From contig CBDESZ010000001.1 in NCBI GenBank assembly GCA_965242725.1, positions 1 to 64,000 of the forward strand: a DNA stretch of 64,000 nucleotides, given 5' to 3'. Numbering within the stretch: position 1 is the stretch's first letter; each line of letters opens with the position of its first letter. Positions 49,302-59,406 of this stretch are shown one piece after another. This DNA is from Alkalispirochaeta sp. GTDB taxonomy: Bacteria; Spirochaetota; Spirochaetia; DSM-27196; Alkalispirochaetaceae. The translations under genes were made by a program, and so were the position numbers. Below the pieces are notes generated by a model. That model searched no databases. It saw only the letters and a list, made by a program, of their open reading frames with translations, and had not been told where the DNA came from.

Positions 49302-50851
49302 ATGGGGAACTACGTATTGGGCATCGACGCCGGGACCGAAAGTTTTCGGGCAGGTGTATACGACGCTTCCGGTTCCTGCCTTGGCTTCGGTATCAGTCCA
49401 AACGAGAACATTCACCGACACCCCGGATGGGGCGAGCAGAACATTGCAAAGTGGGATATCGCCATGGTGGAGGCTATTCGCAGCGCGATTCACAACTCCG
49501 GTGTACGACCGGAGGAAATTGCCGGGATCGGTCTGGACGGAACCAGCTGTACCGTCGTCTTTCTGGACAAAAACGGCAGTCCCCTCCGCGACGCGATCAT
49601 GTGGATGGATATCCGGGCGGCCAGAGAGGCCGAGGAAATTGCCGCCTGCGGTGATGATGCCCTTGACTATATCGGTCACGCCAATCTCTCGGCGGAGTGG
49701 TTCCCCGGCAAGGTTCTTTGGACAAAACGACATGAACGCGAGGTCTATGAAAAGGCCGCGACGATCTTTGAACAGACGGACTGGCTGGTCTATCGCCTTA
49801 CCGGTGAGATCACGGGAAACATTAACACCACAACCATCCGTTGGTTTTACAACAACAGAAAGGGCGGATTTCCCGTTTCGCTCTATAAAAAAATCGGACT
49901 CGAAGATGTATTTGACAAACTTCCGGACAGGATTGTCCAGATAGGTGAGGAGGCGGGACGATTAAGCAGGGAAATGTCTGAAAAGACCGGTCTTCCCGAA
50001 GGCATTCCCGTTGCCGGAGAGGTGCCGACGCCTTTATCGGTGTCATCGGCGTCAATGCGCTCAAGCCGGGGCAGCTTGCCCTGATTACCGGCTCGTCACA
50101 GCTGCACATCGGCGTATCACCGGTCGAGCTCCATACCAAAGGTCTCTTCGGCAGCTATCCTGACGCCATCCTTCCGGGGCTCGAAATTGTGGAAGCGGGA
50201 CAGATATCGACAGGCAGTGTCCTGAAATGGTTTATCACCAACTTTCTCAACAGCGCACTGGAAAGGGAAGCACGGGAATCAAACCGTTCCGTATACGATG
50301 TTCTCAATGAGCGGGCGGCGAAACTCACGCCGGGCAGCGACGGACTGGTCGTGCTTGAACACTGGCAGGGGAACCGCACTCCCTGGGTTGATGCCAACAG
50401 TCGCGGCGTAATTCGGGGACTCACGCTCAGCCACACACCGGTTCACATCTACCGGGCGATTATGGAGTCCGTTGCGTACGGTACGGCGGTGATTATTCGG
50501 CAAATGGACAAGGCCCGTTTCCTTGTCGATGAGATCATTGCCTGTGGCGGCGCGACGGAAAGCGATCTGTGGATGCAGATTCACGCCGACGTGACGGGAA
50601 AACCGATCACAATACCCAGGGAGCAGCAGGCAGTGAGCCTGGGTAGCGCGATTACCGCGACGGTTGTCGCCGATATGTATGGCTCCATTCGCGAAGCTGC
50701 CGACCACATGGTAGCGATAGAAAAACGGATAGAACCGATCCCGGCCAACGCGGCTCGATATCGCGAATATGTCGATCAATACGAAGCGACCTATCACGCA
50801 CTGAAAGACCATTCCCGACGACTCGTCGAAACAGTATCAAACGAAAGTTGA
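49302..50851 (+). CDS. FGGY-family kinase (ribulokinase/pentulose kinase-like), single-base deletion at ~50019
   Basis: GIDAGTES and DGTSCT...IMWMD; adding one G gives VAGGGADAFIG, joining the frame that encodes EHWQGNRTP and CGGAT. Confidence 0.85.
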
Positions 50852-50859
50852 GGTATACT

Positions 50860-51363
50860 ATGGATGAAAAAAGAGTAAACGTTCAGGAAGCCCGGACAGA
50901 TGCAATCTCACCGTATGGGGAAGTGGCTGAAATTGAAGGCCGGACCCCCGCCTTCGATTCCGATGTGTTCTCCTTCTGGAACGACCTATCCGTCGGTGAC
51001 ATCAGTGCGGGAGAGGTTTCCTTCGGTATGGTTTGGACAAAACCGGGGAGTCTTTCCGCTCCGATGCTGGAACGGCATATGAAGACCACCGAAACGATCG
51101 TGCCCCTGGATGAAGATATCGTCCTCGTACTGGCGGAACCCTCCGACGGAGAAACGCCCGACCTGAATACCCTTAACGCGTTCCGCATCCGGAAAGGAAC
51201 CGCGATCACACTGAAAAAGGGGACGTGGCACTATGTGCCGTTGATTCCGGCACAGAAGGAAGGAAGAACACTTATCGTCTTTCGTCGGGGAACACCGGAC
51301 GATGACCTGCAGGTACACGAGGTCCTGGAAAAGGACAACGTGAAAATAAACGTCATCACGTAA
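50860..51363 (+). CDS. Ureidoglycolate lyase (AllA)-like cupin
   Basis: LERH...E and GTWH motifs. Confidence 0.75.
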   Translation: MDEKRVNVQEARTDAISPYGEVAEIEGRTPAFDSDVFSFWNDLSVGDISAGEVSFGMVWTKPGSLSAPMLERHMKTTETIVPLDEDIVLVLAEPSDGETPDLNTLNAFRIRKGTAITLKKGTWHYVPLIPAQKEGRTLIVFRRGTPDDDLQVHEVLEKDNVKINVIT

Positions 51364-51401
51364 AAAAAAGCGGCAACCTCTAGGGTTTGCCGCTTTTTTT
51401 T
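51362..51401. terminator. Bidirectional intrinsic terminator
   Basis: A8-GCGGCAA...TTGCCGC-T8 between convergent genes. Confidence 0.9.
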
Positions 51402-51405
51402 GGCT

Positions 51406-52422
51406 TTATGCCGCCGGTTTTCCCGGCCCGGCCCATTTTTCCCGCAGGCGCTGGAGACTGTATCTGAAAGCACCGGTATTGCGATAAAAGTGCACAATCA
51501 TGACGATCAGCAATAAAAGGCCATAAAGAAAATTCCTGAAGAAGGGTGTGTATCCCAGAAAGGTTGAACCCGTCGCGAGAATCTGCAGGGTCAATATTGC
51601 AATGACAACGCCCCAGGTGGAACTGAAACCACCGTCGGGATTTGTCCCGCCGAAGACCGACAACAGGACGGCAAGAAGCATATACTCTTTTCCGTAATTC
51701 GGTCTGATCGTCGCCACCTTGGAAGTCAACAGAATGCCAGAAATACCGGCGAGCACGGCGATAATCACAAAGGTCTTTATCAGGACGGCACGATTGTTGA
51801 TTCCTGAAAAACGTGCCGCCACGGGACTGGCCCCAAGCATCTTCATCTGAAATCCCAGGGAGGTTCTGCCAAGGAGAAGACCGATCAGCAGGGCGGCACC
51901 GATAAAAACGAAAAAGGGATTGGGTATACCGAGAATGCTCCCGTTGGCGATTCGGATAAACTCCATCGGGAATCCTGCGATACCGTGCCCCTGCGTCAAT
52001 CCCATGGCGATACCGAAAAAGAGACCGTTTGTCCCGAGAGTCGCAATGATTGCGGGAACCCCGGCAACCGAAATCAACAGACCGTTAAAGAGCCCGCACA
52101 ACGCCGCCGTGACAATTGCGGCCAGTATTGCGAGGACTATCACCACAAATGGCGGGAGACCGAGCTCCTGATGACGGGAGAGAATCATGCCTGCCACAAC
52201 TCCGGATAAACCGAGTACGGATACCCCCGACAGATCTATACCGCCGATCGTCATTGCCAGCATGATGCCGAACGCGAGAAGGGCATATTCCGGAAGATTT
52301 CGCATCATATTCTGGAGATTCCCGACCCGCAGAAACCGCTCGGGCATCGCCAGCGTCATAACGACGGTAATAACGATAAACACCAATAAAAGTGTAATGC
52401 TGTTAGCTCTTTTTGCCGTCAA
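51406..52422 (-). CDS. Sugar ABC permease (RbsC/LsrD type)
   Basis: GGIDLS, IIATLG and AARFSGIN motifs; TTG start with GAGGAGG RBS. Confidence 0.9.
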   Translation of the reverse strand: MTAKRANSITLLLVFIVITVVMTLAMPERFLRVGNLQNMMRNLPEYALLAFGIMLAMTIGGIDLSGVSVLGLSGVVAGMILSRHQELGLPPFVVIVLAILAAIVTAALCGLFNGLLISVAGVPAIIATLGTNGLFFGIAMGLTQGHGIAGFPMEFIRIANGSILGIPNPFFVFIGAALLIGLLLGRTSLGFQMKMLGASPVAARFSGINNRAVLIKTFVIIAVLAGISGILLTSKVATIRPNYGKEYMLLAVLLSVFGGTNPDGGFSSTWGVVIAILTLQILATGSTFLGYTPFFRNFLYGLLLLIVMIVHFYRNTGAFRYSLQRLREKWAGPGKPAA

Positions 52423-52462
52423 AGCCGTTCCTCCTCGAAGGAATATTGCTGTACTACAACCA

Positions 52463-53497
52463 TCAGTGGGCCCTCTCTACGACAAGTTCACCCTGATTCT
52501 GTCGTTGTATCTTGAGACGAAGATGCGTCGCCGCTACACCGACGACGATAACCATTCCTATAAAGAAATCGGTCCATGATGGAGGTACACCAAGCATGAT
52601 CAGATGTCGGTCCAGCAACACGATCATGAGCACACCGAGCATCGTCCCGGTAATCGTTCCCCGACCACCGGTGATACTCGTTCCCCCGAGAATAACCGCC
52701 GCGATGACCCTCAAGAGAGCTGTGTCGGCAATATAATTGGGGTTGCTGTATCGAATCATTGAAACGTGGATAATTCCCATGACACCTGCGAGAAAGCCGA
52801 CGTAGGCGTACACGAAGTATTGGATCCTGGTTACGTTGAAGCCTGCCCTGCGGGCTCCCTCCATATCGCCGCCGATCGCATAAATTCCGCGTCCAAGCAT
52901 CGTCCGGCGGAGGATGAACCACGTAAGAATAACCGCAAGAACCAGAATGAGAAAAAAGACGGAAAGTCCCTGCCTTCCTTCGGCGGTCTCGACGGAAAAG
53001 ATAGCCAGCCGTCCAAATCGGCTGAACGTATCCGGCAGGGGGCCAACATTGACGGAATGGGTGCCGACAAATTCAAGCAGCCCGCCGTGAAAAAGGTTGA
53101 AGGTGCCGAGCGTCACTATCATCGTGGGAATCTTGAATTGTGTGATGAAGAACGCGTTAATGAGGCCGTATACAATACCGATGGCAATAGAAATCCCAAA
53201 TGCAAGCCAAATGCTGTCCACTCCGAGGGCAATCAGCGCATTGACTGCTATATATTGCCCCGAAATTGCGATAGCGGGGAAGGAGAGCTCTATACCGCCG
53301 GCAATCAGGGCGATGAAAAAGGCCAACGCCAGAATACCCAGCCCCGAACCGCCACGCAACAGACTCAACCAGTTACCCGGTGTCAGAAAAGCGGGCGCGA
53401 TGTTCGCAGTCACAATAGAAAACACAAGTATCAGGAGAACCAGATACGTCTCATGGCGCCGGAGCACACGGGCGCCGGTTTCTTTGAGGTCAATCAT
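52463..53497 (-). CDS. Sugar ABC permease (RbsC/LsrC type)
   Basis: GGIELSF, GRGIYAIGG and IAAVILGGTSITGG motifs. Confidence 0.92.
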   Translation of the reverse strand: MIDLKETGARVLRRHETYLVLLILVFSIVTANIAPAFLTPGNWLSLLRGGSGLGILALAFFIALIAGGIELSFPAIAISGQYIAVNALIALGVDSIWLAFGISIAIGIVYGLINAFFITQFKIPTMIVTLGTFNLFHGGLLEFVGTHSVNVGPLPDTFSRFGRLAIFSVETAEGRQGLSVFFLILVLAVILTWFILRRTMLGRGIYAIGGDMEGARRAGFNVTRIQYFVYAYVGFLAGVMGIIHVSMIRYSNPNYIADTALLRVIAAVILGGTSITGGRGTITGTMLGVLMIVLLDRHLIMLGVPPSWTDFFIGMVIVVGVAATHLRLKIQRQNQGELVVERAH

Positions 53498-55017
53498 GCT
53501 CCCGCCCCTTGACCGTCGGCTTTTGCCACAACGCGACTCACTTCACTTTCCTCCACATTCTGCAGATCCCGAAACTCTTTGACGATCCGGCCTTTTCGCA
53601 TGACCAGCGCCCTGCTGCATACCTGAAGTATCTCGGTCACTTCATCGGAAATAAGAAGGATACCCATTCCGTCGGACGCCAGTTCCTGTACGACATCGTG
53701 AATACGTGCCTTTGATACGACATCGACACCTATGGTCGGTCCATCCAGTATGAAGACCCTGGGTTCCACCGCAAGCCACTTTGCCAGGACAACTCTCTGC
53801 TGATTCCCGCCGGAAAGCGTAGAAACGGCATTTTCCGCTGATGGAGTCTTAATCGCCAGTCTGTTGACCCAATGGTCCCATATCTTCCGCCGCCGTTTTT
53901 CATCTATCAGACCCATCGGCCCGCGCAATGTATCCACGACGGTGGTGATAACGTTGTCGGCAATGGATTGGTCCTCAAACAACCCCTGCCCGTGTCGGTC
54001 TTCGGGCAGGTAACTGATTCCGAGAGCTTTTGCCGCAGCGGGACTGCCGATCGCTACCGTCCTGCCTTCCACAAGAATCTCACCACTGTCAGGAGTGTTC
54101 AGTCCGAACAGGGACAAAGCCAGTTCCGTCCGGCCGGAACCTACCAGACCGGTGAGACCTACAATCTCTCCCGCGTGTATCTTGATGTTTGCATTTTCAA
54201 ACTGACCCGCTTTGGTCAGCGCCCTGGTTTCGATCAAAACAGGCGCGTTCTCCTCATCGGGGTCAAACTGAAAGGGCTTATACTCCAGATACTGGCCGCT
54301 CATGAGATATGTGAGTTTGTCATGGTCAAGTGTATCGGCCTGATAATCCCCGACTTTCCGTCCGTCCCGGAGGACTGTTACCGAGTCGGCGATTTCAAAA
54401 ACTTCGTTCAACTTATGGCTGACAAAGAGCATCGCAACACCCCGCTCATTGAGCCGTCGAACGGCCCGAAACAGACGATCCACATCGTCGGCGGTAATCG
54501 CGGAGGTTGGCTCGTCCATGATTATGAGCTTGGCCCCCTGGGTGAGGGCTCGAGAAATCGCAATGATCTGTCGTTGTGCCATAGAACAGCTGTCAAGGGC
54601 CGCATCAACGTCGATGTCTTCCTCCAGCTGTTCAAGACTGTGCTTGGCGACCTCCCGCATTCGCCGCCAGTTTGTGAGGGTTCGTCGCTCCTCTATCATC
54701 TGGCTCAGGGAGATATTCTCCGCCACCGTCAGGTTCGGAAAGAGACTGAGATCCTGATAAATGATCTGAATACCGCTGCGAATTGAATCTATGGCGGTGA
54801 TGTCACGCCCGAAGGAGCGTCCGGCGATAATGATTTCGCCTTCGTCCGGCTGGACGACACCACCGATCGTCTTTATAAGCGTCGATTTTCCCGATCCGTT
54901 TTCTCCGACGAGGCAGTGCACTTCTCCTGCCGCAACGGAAAGATCGACGCCCAGTAAAGCCTGCACACCTGCATACGCTTTACTGACGTTCCGGACTTCC
55001 AAAAATTGTTCTGCCAT
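53494..55017 (-). CDS. Sugar ABC ATP-binding protein (two NBDs)
   Basis: GENGSGKST, MDEPT, LSGGNQQR; second Walker B degenerate (LDGPT). Confidence 0.93.
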   Translation of the reverse strand: MAEQFLEVRNVSKAYAGVQALLGVDLSVAAGEVHCLVGENGSGKSTLIKTIGGVVQPDEGEIIIAGRSFGRDITAIDSIRSGIQIIYQDLSLFPNLTVAENISLSQMIEERRTLTNWRRMREVAKHSLEQLEEDIDVDAALDSCSMAQRQIIAISRALTQGAKLIIMDEPTSAITADDVDRLFRAVRRLNERGVAMLFVSHKLNEVFEIADSVTVLRDGRKVGDYQADTLDHDKLTYLMSGQYLEYKPFQFDPDEENAPVLIETRALTKAGQFENANIKIHAGEIVGLTGLVGSGRTELALSLFGLNTPDSGEILVEGRTVAIGSPAAAKALGISYLPEDRHGQGLFEDQSIADNVITTVVDTLRGPMGLIDEKRRRKIWDHWVNRLAIKTPSAENAVSTLSGGNQQRVVLAKWLAVEPRVFILDGPTIGVDVVSKARIHDVVQELASDGMGILLISDEVTEILQVCSRALVMRKGRIVKEFRDLQNVEESEVSRVVAKADGQGAGA

Positions 55018-55096
55018 ATACGGGCAACCTCCACGGCGTTTGCGACACAATGTTTCCCGAAGTGAGGCGAATACTCTTCGTTTCCTCGGGGAAACA

Positions 55097-55124
55097 ACCG
55101 ACCGGACTATAAAGTCCGGTCGGT
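55097..55124. other. Perfect 12-bp hairpin between the binding-protein and ATPase genes
   Basis: ACCGACCGGACT-ATAA-AGTCCGGTCGGT. Confidence 0.75.
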
Positions 55125-55170
55125 CGGGATCAAACAATGTACGTGTAGTCAGGTACCTAGGGTCTTCTGA

Positions 55171-56211
55171 TTACAACTCCCAATCTCCATTGGCGTCACG
55201 CCATTCATCAAGATTATCCGCATTTACATCTGCCCACGCCTGTCCGTAGACGATCGGGACGCCGCTGTCATTGTTTTGGATAATGACGTTCTCATATCCG
55301 GGTCGTCCGAGATTCATTCCTTCGGTGATATCATTTCCCTGAAGGATCTGATACGCGATATTCGCAGCAACATATCCCGCGTCGGCAGGCACCCAGAAGT
55401 GAATCGACTGAGCCGCGCCGCTCTCGATGTAGTCTCCCGCAACGGAGGGCAGACAGGTACCGAATGCCGCGACTTCTCCGATGAGACCGAGCTCTTCAAT
55501 CGCCTGTGCCGCGCCGGGAACGGTACTCATGGCACTTCCCATAATGGCTTTAATGTCGGGTTGGGAACGGAGAATCTCGAGGCTGCGTTCATAGGCAACC
55601 TGCTGGTTTTCCCGCTCTTCCTGACGGGTGTTCGCAAGTTCAATGTCCGGATAATTTTCCGCGAGAAACTCTTCTTCACCGTCTACCCATTCGTTGTGTG
55701 TTGTGGATGTCAGGTGTCCGACGAATGGTTGCCAGAGACCTTCTCCGTCCATCCATTCCGCCATAATCGATGCCATATGGGCGCCATATTCCTTGTTGTC
55801 AAATGCCTCGATATCATAGTCGGCGTTCTGGATATTGGACGCTTCGTGGGTAACGACGACGATACCCTGTGCGCGGGCACGCTCAATTACCGGAACCAGA
55901 GAACTCGGATCGTTGGGAACAATCAGGATCGCGTCCACACCTTGTGCGATAAGGTCCTCGATGATACGTACCTGAGCTGCAGGATCTGCCGTATCTGCAC
56001 CGGTCTGCCACGCGTTTACATCATCGTGGGCCTCGTTGAATGCCTCGATACCAAGCCGCATGTTGTCAAACCAGGCGACGCCTTCAAGCTTTACGACCAT
56101 AACAATTTCATACGGTTCGTCCGCTGAAGCTGCCTCTCGTTGACCTCCGGCAAATGCAATGCCGGCAATCAATGTTGATAAAACAACAAACAAAATCGCT
56201 GTTTTCCTCAT
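55171..56211 (-). CDS. Sugar ABC substrate-binding protein, LsrB/RhaS-like family
   Basis: FAGG signal; VVKLEGVAWF, IEDLIAQGVDAI and W.PADAG motifs. Confidence 0.88.
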   Translation of the reverse strand: MRKTAILFVVLSTLIAGIAFAGGQREAASADEPYEIVMVVKLEGVAWFDNMRLGIEAFNEAHDDVNAWQTGADTADPAAQVRIIEDLIAQGVDAILIVPNDPSSLVPVIERARAQGIVVVTHEASNIQNADYDIEAFDNKEYGAHMASIMAEWMDGEGLWQPFVGHLTSTTHNEWVDGEEEFLAENYPDIELANTRQEERENQQVAYERSLEILRSQPDIKAIMGSAMSTVPGAAQAIEELGLIGEVAAFGTCLPSVAGDYIESGAAQSIHFWVPADAGYVAANIAYQILQGNDITEGMNLGRPGYENVIIQNNDSGVPIVYGQAWADVNADNLDEWRDANGDWEL

Positions 56212-56304
56212 AACCTCGTCCTCCTTCTCCAAGAAGATCTTTTTTTATCGATGTCCTGAATCAGACGGCCGTCTGTTCCGGGTCACCGACTTCTCCACTA
56301 CTCT

Positions 56305-56943
56305 TCAATCCGTAAAAACGGAAAAGAATCCTTGTACGATTATTGAACCGGCGGTTGCCCCGGGATCGGGTTTTCCCTTCGTCTGTTCCCGGTAAATCGC
56401 CGCCTTGCCGTGCTGAGAGATCATCTCCTTCGCCGCCTCTTCTCCGGCTCTGGCGGCGGTGACCGCCGCATGCGCCAGAGACGGTCCGTCGACACCGCTC
56501 TCCGCGGCCCGCTCAAGGGCAGTTGCGACGGGATCAGTTACGTCGACGATCGTTTTATTACCCGGCTTAGTTTTCCCTCGCTCCATGATTCCGTCGGAGA
56601 AGGCACGGAAAAACTCGGCGATATCCGAAGATCCGAGTTCCTCCGATCGACCGGCAACGGCCTTTCCGCCCCGCATAAAGCCCGTCGCGACAAGAGAGCC
56701 CATTGTGGAAGGGGCGGCCTTTGCCATCACCATGCCGGCCTTCGCGAAAAGTTTTCCAACGTCGACCTCGTCGCTGTCGGCGATCTCTTCGTCTGCGGTT
56801 CTGAACGCCCTGGTCATGGTCAGACCCAGGTCACCATCGCCGATAGCTCCGTCAATCTCTATGAGACGATCCTGGTTCTCATCCATCAACAGCCGAATAG
56901 CGTGAATGGCAGCTTTTGCTTTTCCGACGTCCATCATGGTCAT
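56305..56943 (-). CDS. dhaL: Dihydroxyacetone kinase family, DhaL subunit
   Basis: DGAIGDGDLG, GNKTIVD and DPGA motifs. Confidence 0.88.
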   Translation of the reverse strand: MTMMDVGKAKAAIHAIRLLMDENQDRLIEIDGAIGDGDLGLTMTRAFRTADEEIADSDEVDVGKLFAKAGMVMAKAAPSTMGSLVATGFMRGGKAVAGRSEELGSSDIAEFFRAFSDGIMERGKTKPGNKTIVDVTDPVATALERAAESGVDGPSLAHAAVTAARAGEEAAKEMISQHGKAAIYREQTKGKPDPGATAGSIIVQGFFSVFTD

Positions 56944-56949
56944 ATTCCC

Positions 56950-57963
56950 CTAGAGTTCCACCTGCTCAAAGAACGGTGTCCGTGCCGCCTTCGACAGGAG
57001 CGCCTTGAGCTCTCCATCCAGCTTCAAAACTGAAATTGAAAAGCCCGTCATTTCCAGGGAGGTTGCGAATTCGCCGACATATACCTTGAAAACCGAGACG
57101 CCCAGATCGTTCAATATCTGCGAGACCTTCCGATACGCGACGTACAGCTCTTCCTTTGGCGTCGCCCCGAGCCCGTTCATAAGAACCGCGACTTCGTCAC
57201 CTTTCTTATATGGCAGGTCCGGTATGATCTGATCCATCATTTCCTGGACGACCTCGTCCGCGGTGAGGAGCTTACCCCGCCGGATTCCCGGTTCGCCGTG
57301 GATGCCCATACCGATTTCCATTTCTCCGTCACCGATAGTGAACGACGGCTTACCTACCTCCGGCACAATGACCGGGGAGAGCGCTACACCCATCGTTCTG
57401 ACCTGGGCGCCGGCTTTTTCCGCGATCCGTTTCACCTCGTCCAGATCGGCTCCTTCATCGGCTTTTGCTCCGGCGCATTTGTAAACAAAGAAAATTCCCG
57501 CAACGCCGCGTCGCTTCTCTTCCTCGCCCTTCGGAGCGCTCGCCACATCTTCTCCGGCAACGAATGATTCCACTCGAATGTCTTCCATATCAGCCATTTC
57601 CGCAGCCATGTCGAAGTTGATAATATCTCCGCTGTAGTTGCCGTATATGTAGAGAACGCCCTTTCCACCGTCGATCGCCTTCGTTACCTCAAGCATCTGT
57701 TCCGAGCTGGGACTCTGAAAAACACCGCCCACCGCGCAACCGTCGAGCATTCCCTTGCCGACATACCCGAGAAAGAGGGGAAGATGCCCGGAACCTCCTC
57801 CGGTGGCAATTCCGACTTTGCCTTTCACCGGAGCATCAGCGCGAACGATACAACGAAGATCGTCGGCGATATTTTTAAGTTGATCCGGATGGGCTGCAAG
57901 GATTCCCTGCAGCATCTCGTCCACAAAGGCTTCGGGTTTGTTGATAAATTTCTTCATTGCCAT
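56950..57963 (-). CDS. dhaK: Dihydroxyacetone kinase family, DhaK subunit
   Basis: GGGSGHLP, NYSGD, RRGVAG, GMGIHGEPG and GLGATP motifs. Confidence 0.9.
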   Translation of the reverse strand: MAMKKFINKPEAFVDEMLQGILAAHPDQLKNIADDLRCIVRADAPVKGKVGIATGGGSGHLPLFLGYVGKGMLDGCAVGGVFQSPSSEQMLEVTKAIDGGKGVLYIYGNYSGDIINFDMAAEMADMEDIRVESFVAGEDVASAPKGEEEKRRGVAGIFFVYKCAGAKADEGADLDEVKRIAEKAGAQVRTMGVALSPVIVPEVGKPSFTIGDGEMEIGMGIHGEPGIRRGKLLTADEVVQEMMDQIIPDLPYKKGDEVAVLMNGLGATPKEELYVAYRKVSQILNDLGVSVFKVYVGEFATSLEMTGFSISVLKLDGELKALLSKAARTPFFEQVEL

Positions 57964-58023
57964 GGTGAATCCCCCTTTCAAGATCCGCCGGCATACAATC
58001 CGCGTCCCGGCGGGGTAAACATT

Positions 58024-58208
58024 TACTAAAATATTTCTCTTAGGATTCTACCATGGACCATTGAGTTGTCAATAAAAAATGTCATTGCCGGCGATTCAAT
58101 GGACAATACTGTACGAAAAGACAAAAATTCTTGTATAAATTTTAGTAGACTTTCATTTTTTCGCCGCAATCAGGATCGATATCTCTACGAGCTACTAAAA
58201 TTTTTAGT
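58024..58208. promoter_or_regulatory. Candidate LacI operators (TACTAAAAT x3)
   Basis: Copies at 58024-32 (+), 58139-47 (-) and 58193-201 (+); the last lies within the near-palindrome ACTAAAATTTTTAGT. Confidence 0.6.
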
Positions 58209-58248
58209 TGACATTCGATATCGATGGACATAAGCTGAGAGGAACACC

Positions 58249-59295
58249 ATGAACACCCGAATCAAGGACATTGCCAGACTCGCAGATGTGTCTATAACAA
58301 CGGTATCACTTGTACTGAACGAGAAACCTGGTGTTGGAACCCGTACACGAGAAAAAGTCCTGAAACTTGCGAGGGAATTACAGTATGAAAAGCCCGGCAC
58401 CACGGGAAGACGGGAACAGAACGGCTATCTTCTTCCGCCGGCGGGGACGATCCAGTTTTTGAAAATCGCCCGACACGGACATACGGTCAACAGAGACCAT
58501 ACCGTGTTTATCGCCGACTATATCGACGGGATCGTGCATGGCGCAAAAACTCACAACTATAAAATAGAGGTGTCGAGTTTCAGCGGAACTCCGATAGATG
58601 AGATACTCGACAGTCTCAAGAGCAATCCCGATTTGAAGGGCGCCGTGGTTCTGGGTACAGAGCTGAGCAGAGAAGACGTTGCAGCCTTTCAGGGCCTTCA
58701 CATACCCGTCGTATTCCTTGACACCTTTATTGACTTTCTGCCCTTTGACTTCATCGACATGAACAATCAGGATTCGGTGTACCGGGTGGTGGAGCATTTC
58801 ATTTCCAAGGGGCACCGCGAGATCGGAATGGTCCGATCCCTCGTGCAGACGCGGAACTTTCACCTGCGTCATCTTGGTTTTGTTCAGACAATGGCGGCCC
58901 TTGAGCGACCGCTGCAGGAAGAATTCATCTTTGACTGTGACTCCACATTTGACGGCGCATATCTGGACATGCAGAAAATCATCAATGAAGGCACGCCGCT
59001 CCCCTCTGCGCTCTTCTGCACAAACGACATCATGGCATTCGGTGTGATGAAGGCGCTCCGCGAATCAGGCTACCGTATTCCTGAAGACATATCGGTCATC
59101 GGATTTGACGATCTGCCGACGTCTGCATTGATGGATCCGCCCCTGACGAGCATCGCGGTCTCAAAATGGGAAATCGGCAACACCGCGGTAAACAGACTGA
59201 CAAACCGTATTGCCGCCCCGCGAATGCCGGCGGTGAAAATCGTTATTGGCGGTACGCTTATAGAACGGGCGAGTGTCAGGGACATGACCATATAA
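58249..59295 (+). CDS. LacI-family transcriptional regulator
   Basis: IKDIARLADVSITTVSLVLN HTH; NDIMA and IPEDISVIGFDD. Confidence 0.93.
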   Translation: MNTRIKDIARLADVSITTVSLVLNEKPGVGTRTREKVLKLARELQYEKPGTTGRREQNGYLLPPAGTIQFLKIARHGHTVNRDHTVFIADYIDGIVHGAKTHNYKIEVSSFSGTPIDEILDSLKSNPDLKGAVVLGTELSREDVAAFQGLHIPVVFLDTFIDFLPFDFIDMNNQDSVYRVVEHFISKGHREIGMVRSLVQTRNFHLRHLGFVQTMAALERPLQEEFIFDCDSTFDGAYLDMQKIINEGTPLPSALFCTNDIMAFGVMKALRESGYRIPEDISVIGFDDLPTSALMDPPLTSIAVSKWEIGNTAVNRLTNRIAAPRMPAVKIVIGGTLIERASVRDMTI

Positions 59296-59354
59296 AACGT
59301 ACCGGTGTCCCTCGTTTGCCGGGAGGCGACGCGGCGACGCCGGTTCCGGACCTG

Positions 59355-59378
59355 CGGACCCGCCCGAAGGCGGGTCCG
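59355..59378. terminator. GC hairpin between convergent lacI and aldo-keto reductase genes
   Basis: CGGACCCGCC-CGAA-GGCGGGTCCG; no clear U tract. Confidence 0.55.
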
Positions 59379-59406
59379 GTCGGAAATCCCTGCTTCACCT
59401 CTTACA

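Noticed and set aside
55171..56211. Canonical AI-2 (lsr) quorum-sensing system
   Set aside because: The binding protein has TTHNEW and THE where, as I recall, LsrB has TDQNQW and TWD AI-2-contact segments. No lsrF or lsrG is present.
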